In this document: positions 23,600 through 33,911 of the stretch, in pieces
Layout: each line of letters starts with the position of its first letter
How positions within the stretch are numbered: the stretch's first letter is position 1
Assembly: GCA_964016885.1 (NCBI GenBank)
Contig: OZ024742.1
Coordinates: 294,376,001 to 294,440,000 of the forward strand
Direction: 5' to 3'
Length of the DNA stretch: 64,000 bases
DNA from: Eledone cirrhosa
Taxonomy: Eukaryota
Position numbers and translations under genes: made by a program
Notes under the pieces: generated by a model
Seen by the model: only the letters and a program-made list of their open reading frames with translations
Database searches by the model: none
What the model was told of the DNA's origin: nothing

Positions 23600-23975
23600 A
23601 AAAAAGGAAGGACATATTCGATAATGTAGTCTTAGATACACTGTTTGAATGACAGATGGGATGATCATGGTTGGAACATCTTAGATCATAGGGCAGCTCC
23701 ATCAGAACTGACTTAGAGGTAACAACCAACAACAGGGAAGGACACGAGATAATTTAGTCCTAGATACACCATGTTTGAATAGGATGGGATGGTCATGGTT
23801 GGAACACCATATATCATAGGTCAAGTGTATCAGGTCTGTCCTGGGGTAAACAATGACAACAGGGTAGGAGAATAGATATTGTAGACCAAGGAACATTGTT
23901 TGAATAAATAAAAAAACAGGATGGTCACGACTGAAACCACTTAGATTACAAGTCGGATCTAAGGTTAAACAACAA
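23600..23975. repeat. Three diverged tandem copies of a ~130-bp dispersed repeat
   Basis: Recurring gataatgtagtc-tagatacac-gtttgaat-gatgggatg-tcatggttggaac module; related pieces near 44150 and 52630-52740. Confidence 0.55.
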
Positions 23976-24169
23976 ATTGTTTGATTTAATTACAAAACAA
24001 ATCTATACTCCCCCCACCCTTGTTGTTTCTGTATCCACTGGAGACATTAAATTATGTGTACTTACTAAATAATTGAAAAAAGGAAAGATAAAAGTGAAAA
24101 GACTTTGTATTATATATATATATTAATCTGTTTTGCGAGGTTTTTGATATGAAATCGTGTCGAAACAAC

Positions 24170-24607
24170 TATTGTTATACTTAGGGAGGGTCATATTGTT
24201 GTAATAATATTGCCAGAAATAATAACAGAACACACCCACTGTTTGGTTGGTTTTTGCTTCTGTATCTTTTATATCTCCACAGTTAATTCATTTGGTTCTC
24301 AATGTTTATCATTGACTGACCAAAGGTAAAAAATACAGATATAATATAGATATAAACACATATATATAGTCTAACAAAGTTCTTTCGTTGCACATCTGCA
24401 ACATCATCAGTGGTACTATTATGTTCCTCCTGTTGTATTGTATGTCTACGCCTTTGGTCAGTCAATGATAAACATTGAGAAGCAAATGAATTAACTGTGG
24501 AGGTATAAAAGATACAGAAGCGAAAACCAACCAAACAGTGAGTGTGTTCTGTTATTATTTCTGGCAGTATTATCACAACAACATGACCCTCCCCAAGTAT
24601 AACAATA
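24170..24607. repeat. Fold-back element: 157-bp inverted arms (24170-24326 / 24451-24607) with a 124-bp spacer, between TA tracts
   Basis: Arms are reverse complements with scattered mismatches. Confidence 0.85.
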
Positions 24608-25236
24608 TATATTTATCTATAGCTATATAGACATATGTACTAAACTATGTGTGTGTATGCATATATTTCACACACACATGCACGTGTATGTTAGTCATCA
24701 TCAATCACTTCATGGTGTGTACTAGGTGCATTTTTCATGGTACTAACACTATTATCTGATGACGTGGACTGATGCTTTCTATCGTGGTACCAGTAATGTA
24801 CCCAGTACACTCTGCAAAATGGTTGGTATTAGGAAGGGCATTAAGCTATAGGAACCATGCCAAAAATTGGAATGTATGAGAAAGACATGTATGATCTAAG
24901 CAGGCTGTAACTCTAAATAAGAATTGACTTTGAAAGCAGATGATGATGATGATGGACATGTAAAAACGAGATGTTGTGTAATATAGAATAGGTGGTCTTA
25001 GGTTGTTTTAAGGGCTGATATTTTACTGTTTAAGTTCTTCAGTAAAAAGATTGATATATAATTGAATACAATGATCTATCTATGAGATTTTGATATCATT
25101 TATTTTTGAGAACAATACCTTAACATAAGTATGAGCAGCCCGTTATGGCCAGATTGAACAGAAAGAGGTGAGAGAATTCTGGCTGGATACAGCCAGGTTA
25201 AATGCTAAAGGGTTAAATACAATGATGATATATTAG

Positions 25237-25265
<29 letters not shown>

Positions 25266-25270
<5 letters not shown>

Positions 25271-27112
25271 GAGGGTAGTATAATAAGTAAGGCAATCAAA
25301 GATATGAAGACGGGTAAGGCAGCTGGACCTTCGGAAATAGTTGCTGAGATGCTGAAGGCATCTGGAACGGTGGGACACACCATGGTCACCCGGATAGTAA
25401 ACCAAGTCGTACAGAATGGGGTTGTTCCGAAGGACTGGCGTAGCAGCATCATCATTAACTGTTATAAGGGTAAAGGAGATGCCCTAGATAAGTGAAACGA
25501 TAGAGGCATTAAATTAATTGACCAGGTCATGAAGGTCACAGAAAAAGTAATGGCGCAACTAATCAGAGAGCGAATTGATCTAGATGAAATGCAGTTCGGG
25601 TTTGTGTCGGGTAAAAGTAACACAGACGCTCTTTTCATTGTACGACAACTACAGGAGAAGTACCTAGCTAAAAGTAAACCCCTATACTTAGCTTTTGTCG
25701 ACTTGGAGAAAGTCTTCGACAGAGTCCCCCGTTCCATTATCTGGTGGGCTCTTAGAAAACTAGGTGTTGCCGAATGGCTTGTGAGAGCTATACAAGCCAT
25801 GTATAAAGAAACAGTCAGCAAGGTTAGAAGAGTTTAGCGTAAAAGTTGGTGTCCATCAGGGCTCTGTTCTTAGCCCCCTACTATTTATTATTGCCCTTCA
25901 GGCTATAACAGAGGAGTTCAAGACCGGCTGCCCATGGGAACTCCTATACGCGGATGATCTAACGCTCATAGCTGAATCAATGGCCGAGCTAGAGAAGAAA
26001 TTCCAAACATGGAAGCACGGCCTAGAATCAAAAGGCCTTAAAATTAACCTGGCTAAGACTAAAGTTCTAGTTTGTAAGAAAGAAAATAAGGCGGCGGTCC
26101 CCTCCGGGAAGTGGCCATGCTCAGTGTGTAGGAAAGGCGTAGGTAGAAACTCCATTTTATGTCCCAAATGCAAAGTATGGGTGCATAAAAGATGTAGTGG
26201 GATGACAGGTAAGCTAACTAAGAACATAGATTTTACATGTGGCCGGTGCTCTGGTGCAATAAGTAGCAGCAAGTGCCCCAAAAATACTAGCTCTTTCAAT
26301 TGCGCAGAGGGTTCTATAGAAATAGTGGACAGCTTACGTTACCTGGGTGACAAAATTAGCAGTGGGGGAGGGTGCTCTGAAAGTACAGTAGCTAGAGTCA
26401 GAACTGGATGGAAAAAGTTCAGAGAGCTTATACCACTATTAGCCGCTAAAGGGTTCTCCCTAAAAATGAAAGGCAGGTTGTATGAGGCCTGCATACGAAC
26501 AGCAATGTTGCATGGCAGTGAGACCTGGGCATTGTGTGCAGAGGATATACGCAGACTAGAGAGGAACGAAGCTTGCATGCTCCGCTGGATGTGTAATAGT
26601 AATATACGTGAACGGCAAAGCATAAACGAACTAAGGAAAAAATTAGAAATAAGAGGGATCAGATGTTGTTTACTCGAGAGAAGGCTATGTTGGTATGGTC
26701 ACGTGATGCGCATGAAAGACGACAGCTGTATAACAAAGTGCAGGGCAATAAAGATAGACGGTAGCCACGGAGTAGGCAGACCCAGAAAAACCTGGGACGA
26801 GCTGATAAATTCCGACCTCACACACTTACACCTCTCCAAGACAATGTCACTGGACCGAGACCTTTGGCGGTACTCAGTAATAGAGAAGACCCGCCTTACC
26901 TAAATACATAGTAAAACCTACTACAGTCAGTAGGCATCTCTAACAAAATGCATCCCCGTCCCACCACCCCCACCCCATCCACACCGCCCCCTTCTATGTA
27001 AAGTTATGTTGGTGCCACAACATCCAGGCCGAAACAAATGAGATCGTGTAGGTGTCACGACAAAAAAACACAGTCCACGCTGTAATGGACGTTAAACGAT
27101 GATGATGATGAT
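25266..27112 (+). mobile_element. 5'-truncated RTE LINE, same subfamily as 12131-15666
   Basis: Highly similar to 13619-15660; stop at 25493, deletion near 25829; (GAT)n tail; preceded by (TA)n. Confidence 0.93.
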
Positions 27113-27140
27113 ATAGAAGTGGTTACACAACAGTTAGTTC

Positions 27141-27198
27141 ACCATACCGAGAACAATTGTTTCACCTTTGCGGATCTTCAGCTCGGGATGTGTATGGT
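27141..27198 (-). ncRNA. Type I hammerhead ribozyme (predicted)
   Basis: Minus strand: accata-cacatc-CCGAG CUGAAGA ucc-gcaaa-ggu GAAAC aauu GUU CUCGG-uauggu; complete core, paired stem I, palindromic stem III. Confidence 0.75.
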
Positions 27199-27212
27199 TA
27201 TAGGAATAGGAC

Positions 27213-27265
<53 letters not shown>

Positions 27266-27273
<8 letters not shown>

Positions 27274-28733
27274 TAAATAACAGATTAAAGTTTAAGCAAA
27301 GAATCGCTGCTTTCACCCTTAACGGGATCTTCTGAAACTAACAAAGTCAATCTGTAAACGCAGAAGTGGGTATTTAAAAAAACGTTGCAACCGGAGGGAG
27401 ACAGGAAGACGATACTTTGGTTCGTGGAAACGTACACGCATGCCCATTCTTTTCGTTACCCTCTAAGAAGGAATAAGACGTCACTTTCAGCTTATATCTG
27501 GAGTCTAAAAGACAACCACACCCAATATAAGTTACACTGGGAGATCCTAGCTAGGGCTAGATCGTATAATGGAAATAAAAGACCATGTGACCTCTGCGCC
27601 GCTGAGGCCCTGGAAATACTCTACGCCACAGACCACATCTTAAACAAAAAATCTGAGGCAATTTCGGCTTGTAAACATAAATTGCACAAAACTTTCCTTA
27701 TATTACAGCCCCACGTTATACCCTAACGGATAGTACGATCTATACGTGGATATTTTACGTCTTGATGTGGGAGCTAAGTATTTGTTTTGTTTATACCATT
27801 ACTTATTTGCATAGATAAGTATATATCACCCGTATGTTTCGTGAAGGTACGTATACCTTCTCGTACGTATATTTGATTGTTTATGTTATGGTATAATTTT
27901 TTTATTTTTTTTATTCTGGTACATATGGTTTGGCTATGTGTATACGGGAGTTTTGCGTCTGTGCGAGTGTGCAGGTTCGTACGTATGTCGGGTGTGTGTA
28001 TATGTGTACTTCATGTTTTGGTTGACTTACGTCTCCGAACATTCGTGTATTTACATGTAGGTATGTGTGTGCGCTTGTTATATACGTATTTATTTATTTA
28101 TATACGTTTATATAATTATTTATTTATTTATATACTACGCTTACACAGACACACATATTTATATGTGCGTGGTTTTGTTTGCGTATGGTTGTGTATATGT
28201 ACGTATTTGTTTGCACGTTTGTATTTATTTATTTCTATTACTTCTGTATTGTATTTATTTACTTTGTTCTTAACTCTGTAGCGGAGATTCATTCGGTCTC
28301 CTAGTTAGAATTTTAGTCTACGACTTCTGCTATACCATTTACGTGGTTTTGTCTTTGCGTGCTATTGTTCTCCACGGTCCACATATGACGTATTATCTTC
28401 GTTTTTTTCGTTCATTGTCAGAGAACGTCTCTATGAACCACCTAAGAGAACATTAGTCTACGACCTCTTTTATACCATAAATGTGGTTCTGTCTTTGCGC
28501 GTAATTGTTTTTCACCGCTCCTATTAATGACGTATTATTCGTTTTTTCCCGTTCTTTGCCAGCGAATGTTTCCACGAACCAAAGTATCGTCTTCCTGTCT
28601 TCCTCCGGTTGCAACGTTTTTTGAAATATCCACTTCTGCGTTTACAGATTGACTTTGTTAGTTTCAGAAGATCCCGTTAAGGGTGAAAGCAGCGATTCTT
28701 TGCTTAAACTTTAATCTGTTATTTAATAAATAT
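27266..28733 (+). mobile_element. 5'-truncated Penelope-like element: GIY-YIG endonuclease C-terminus (27432-27726) with inverted terminal copy
   Basis: HSF...TSLSAYIWSLK...WEILARA...CDLC..E...LNKKSE...CKH matches the PLE endonuclease C-terminal pattern; 166-bp inverted repeat 27266-27431 / 28568-28733; TA tracts on both sides. Confidence 0.8.
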
Positions 28734-28917
28734 TTGCTCTACGGTTCTTATATATTTGATATATATTTATCCTTATCGAGCCCTCTTAGGATTTTAGTCT
28801 TGAAATTTATTATTATTACTATATATATATATATCCACCACCACCCCACTCTCAAGAGCGTGAAACTAATAAACCTTTGTTTGTACTGCCTCTCTGTTTT
28901 GTTCCCGTTCAATTTTT

Positions 28918-28982
<65 letters not shown>

Positions 28983-29146
28983 ATCACCGTCATGAATGTC
29001 TGTACTTTGAAATTATTTAAATAACCCTATCTCTTAGTTACAATGTTATTATACATTAGTTAGTTTGGTCTGAAACTGTCACTCACACACATTTCATTTG
29101 GTTTTGCTTTTTATATCTTGATTTCTTTTGTCAATAGGAATAATAT

Positions 29147-30120
29147 AATTGTTTCTACTTTTGGCACAAGGCCAGCAATTATCCAGTGCATTACTGGTAC
29201 TTTATTTTATCGACCCTGTGAGGATAAAAGGCCAATCTTATGCCTAATAGTAATAATATTGTTTCTAATTTAGGTACAAGCAATTTGTAGGGGAGGGGAA
29301 ATTGACTAAACCAATCCTAGTAATTGAGTAGTACTTTATTTTATCAACCTTGAAAAGATGAAAGGCAAAGTTGACCTCAGTATCATTTGAATCTGGAACA
29401 AATACTGTTAATGACTATGTCAATCCACAATAATAATTGTTTCTACTTTAGGCACAAGGCCAGCAATTATTCAGTGCATTACTGGTACTTTTTTTTATCG
29501 ACCCCGTAAGGCAAAGTTAACCTCGGCAGGATTTGAACTCAGAATGGCAAGGGCCGTAACTCTATGCGTCAAAGCATGGCGTCCGACTCTCTACCGATAC
29601 CACCAATTCACCGAATGGTTTCTGATTTAGGCACAAGGCCAACAATCTTTTGAGAAAGGGTTAGTTGATTAAATTGACCCAAGTGTGTTACTGGTACTTT
29701 ATTTTATCGACCATATAAGAATGAAAGGCAAAGCTAATCTTGGCAGGATTTGAACTCAGAATATAAAGGGCTATAACTTCATGCCAAAAAAAAGTTGTCC
29801 AACGCTCTACTGATACTACCAATTTACCACCCTTTAATAATAATAATTGTTTCTACTTTTGGCACAAGGCCAGCAATTACTCAGTACATTACTGGTACTT
29901 TATTTTATCGACCCCGTAAGGATGAAAGGCAAAGTTAACCTCGGCGGGGTTTGAACTCTGACTGTAAAGGGACATAACTATGCTAGAAAGCATGGTGTCT
30001 GACGCTCTACCGATTCTGCCAATCTACCACCCTTTAATAATAATAATGGTTTCTGATTTGAGCACAAGGCCAGTAATTGTGGGTGAGGGGAAAAGTCGAT
30101 TAAATTGACTCCAGTGCATT
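29147..30120 (-). mobile_element. Head-to-tail chain of about 6 full or partial SINE copies
   Basis: Repeated ttgtttctact-ggcacaaggccagcaatt-ctggtactttattttatcgaccc-aggcaaagttaacctcggc-tttgaactc units. Confidence 0.8.
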
Positions 30121-30474
30121 ATCGGTTCTTTAAATGGTTTATAAAATTCTGTTATAATGTTTTTCAGCATAATTTTATATAAAAACTTTGTTACAAATAT
30201 TACCTCAATAATGAAATATTTAATAATTTTAGTAAATTGCTCCAAATTCTTCATTAATTGACATTCCGTGTATGACAAGATAACCTGTTACTCAATGGAA
30301 CACACTCTGTTCACTCCCTCCTTCGGAATGACTGCATTAATGTAAATTAGTGAGAACCCTCTGTACATTTCTAGTAGTTGACAACCTCTCTAGTAGTGAT
30401 GCCACTGTAAAAAGGGTTGGGGATTGAATAGAAACTATAGGGTAAAGAGGATTCTGCAGTTTTGTTGCACATAT

Positions 30475-30697
30475 TCTTCAAAACTTCCATGCCTCCTAAA
30501 ATTCGCCAACACTACACCTGATATTCCCCCTCTATACACATGTACGCATGTGTGTGACTGTCTGTGTGTATATTATGACTCATACACTGTTCACTTTCCT
30601 GACATTAGTATGTTATTGTGTGTACTATACATGCATCTTTGATGAGTTGTCGTGCACTTGAGCACTGTACACAATAATTTTCATTATTATATTATAT
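30475..30697 (+). mobile_element. CR1 3'-end fragment; others at 32440-32550 (+) and 42897-43110 (-)
   Basis: Homologous to 19750-20078, including gatgagttgt-gtgcac-gagcactgtacacaa and the (ATT)n tail. Confidence 0.8.
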
Positions 30698-32969
30698 TAG
30701 AAACTCATTTGTGATGGTGCCATGAGAAATTGCATCCAATATACTCAGTAAATTGATAGTGCTGGTACCACAAAATGCACTCGAGACACTCAGTAAAGTG
30801 GTTGGCATTAGGAAGGATATCCAACTGTAGAAACTGCACTAAATATGGACTGTATGAGCAAGGTATTGCCCCAACTTGTCTAATCATGTATTGTGACAAC
30901 CTGTATAACCCATGGAAAGCAGATCATCATCCCCATCATCATCACTGTTTTTACATTCGTTTTTCTCCCGCATGGGTTGGACAGGTCCTTCTCAGCATGG
31001 TATCTCTCCATTCACTGGGTTTCTTCGTCATCTCTGTAAGTTTCAGCAATTTGAAGTCAGCTCACAAAACCAGGTTTTTCTCAGTCTACCTCTACTGCAA
31101 CTTCCTTCCTGGCATTTCCTGACCCATCAGTCATCATCCATGTGCATCACACGTCTGTACCAATCCAGTCTTCTCTCTTGCACACCACTTTGGATTCCTC
31201 TTAAACCGAGTTTCTCTCTCAGTTCAACCAAGCTTTGCCTTTCTCCCATGTTTCCAAAGCACATCCAACAAAGTTTGGCTGCTTCATTTCTCTTCAGTCT
31301 ATGCATGCCTTCTGCAGTTACTGTCACCCTCACTATCACCATCACCACTATCCTTACCACTGCCACCACTATTCCCACTACCACCACCATCACTACCCTA
31401 CCCCCTACCCCACAGCCTTCACTGCCACCATCACCACCACCAGAACACCCCTCCATCACCCCCAGCCACCACCAGTCTTTATCAGCTAGACATGAGTCAA
31501 TTGAGAATATATCTTAACTTTTTAACCAGGTGAGATATTGTATATTTTAGAGAGCAAAGAATGTAACAAATATTGATTCTACTCATGGTTTATTTAACCA
31601 GTCCTTTGGCTTTCAAGGTGGACAGCATTCCATTGAGTAGTTCTCATCTTGTAAGTACACTCATGCACACATATATGCACATTCATGCACACATATGCAC
31701 ATTCATGCACACATACACATACATCCACACACATATGTATGTGAACACACATATGTACACACATCCGCACACATACGCACAACCATCCACACATATGTAT
31801 ACATATCCACACACATCCACCCTAAGGTTGATTTGCTTCCAGGGAACGTTGCTGCCCTCATCATGAAACCTCAACATAAGACTTCGGAAAATATATCAAG
31901 TAACGCCTTCACAGACCTGATAAAGAAGTTCAAATGCAATGCAGAGAAACTTCTCCGAGATTTGAATGACAAGTTGGAAAGCTTGGCAGTGATTAAAGAT
32001 AAGTACCTCTACAATCTCTACACCTGTGAAGAAGTCGCGGGCACCTGTCGATCTCTGGATGCCACGGTTACCACCATCAATGCTAGGCTGGAACAATTCC
32101 ACAGTTGCTACGACAACGAGCTCGCGGCCTGGTGTCGGATGCTCGACACTCCACCGACCCAGCTCGGTGTGACGCTCGGCCGGCTCAATGCCAAGATGGA
32201 TGCTTTCTGTACGATGTTACAGACGTTTGACTGTGTCCAGACCACCACAGTCAGACTGGAGGAGATGGACATGGGCTGAACAGATGACTGCCACACCATC
32301 CTCAAAACAGCCAACGATAGGTTCTTCCTGACACTCAAAGAATTCCTGAACCACGATAGGCTGGTCACTGGTTCCAATCTTTAATGAATCCAATTAATGT
32401 TATAGGGGCTAGTCTGTTCTCACACCTTCTTTTTTCCATACACTGTTCACTTTCCTGACATTTGTACATTATTCTATGTACGATATATGCACCTTTGATG
32501 AGTTGTAGTGCTCTTGAGCACTGTACACAATTTTTATTATTTTTATTATTATATCCACACACATGCACATATATGCATGCACATCCACACATGCATACAT
32601 ATGCACATGCACATACAGCTGCACACATGCACGCGCATCCACACATGCACAAACATATATTCACATGCACATTCATCTGCACACATGCACACACACACAC
32701 ACTGATTCTGAGTATGAGGTATTTAATCAGTCCTTTTATCAGGGTCAACATTATTTTGGTATAATGTTTGCATGAAAAAAAATTCAAATAATGAAAGTAA
32801 GGGAAAGGAGGGGCTAGAGACAGACTCTGCACCACCGTCTAGGTGGTATATCTCAACTGTTCCTCAGTAACAACTGCATCAGCCGCACCTTCTCAGGTGG
32901 AATGCACTCCTCACAATTTTACAGAGGAAAAAAACGCAGGAGAGGTTAGTCAGATACAGTTCATGGTTA

Positions 32970-33045
<76 letters not shown>

Positions 33046-33179
33046 GTAGGGAGAGAGTTATCCACATACAAACACTACACACACTCACACACTCAAGCAC
33101 ATGCACACTCACACACTCAAGCACATGCACACATACACAAACACACGCACAACCACACACCTTCACAGACCCTGACACC

Positions 33180-33350
33180 AGGGATTGAGGACAGCAGAGG
33201 TCTCATTGGTGACCAGCATGGAAATGAAATGGACAGTCAGGTCCTTGTATTTGGACATCTTCTGCATAATGGATGACAGTGTCTGGGTTTGTAACTGAAG
33301 TAACGAGGTTGGAAGCGAAGAGTGTGTCGCAACATGTAGCATCACAGTTA
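33180..33350 (-). mobile_element. Degenerate restriction-like endonuclease fragment of a CRE-type non-LTR retrotransposon
   Basis: DATCCDTL-ASNL...AE...SKYKDL...ETS across a frameshift resembles the WDxTCxDTxAxS...AE..K..KY...P...ET motif. Confidence 0.55.
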
Positions 33351-33713
33351 TTTAATAGATCCTTTGTTTTTAACATGAACATTACTTCAGGTAGTTCCCC
33401 TGCTAACAGTATCCCCTTTCTTCTGTTAATGCTACACACACCTGTGTTGTATGTATATATTGTGTGGTGTCTGTATGTGTGTGGTGTCTATATGTGTGGT
33501 GCCTGTGTGAGTAGTGTTTGTCTGTGTGAGTAGTGTCTGTCTGTGTGAGTGGTATCTGTCTGTGTGAATGGTGTCTGCCTGTCGTGTCTGTATGTGTGGT
33601 GTGTGTATGTGGTGTCTCTCTGTGTGATGTCTGTTGTGTCATGTTATGTTGTGTCTGTCTCTTTTAATAGCTAATGATTTGATTTCTATTTTATTTTAAG
33701 GAAACTAAGAGCA

Positions 33714-33911
33714 ATGGTGAAGGGTCACCCAGTACAGATTGTGTTGGCTGATGAGGATCACCAATTCACACTAGATGAGGAAGCATTAAAAAGTGTTTTA
33801 CTGCAGCCAGAAATTCAAGATAAAAAGGTTGTGGTTATATCAGTTGCTGGGGCCTTCCGCAAGGGAAAGTCTTTCTTATTGGACTTTTTCCTCCGTTATC
33901 AGCAACATACA
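33714..33911 (+). CDS. atl: Atlastin coding exon 1 ([10 protein letters not shown]...[21 protein letters not shown])
   Basis: P-loop motif; acceptor ttttaag ending 33700; donor gtaagt at 33912. Confidence 0.93.
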
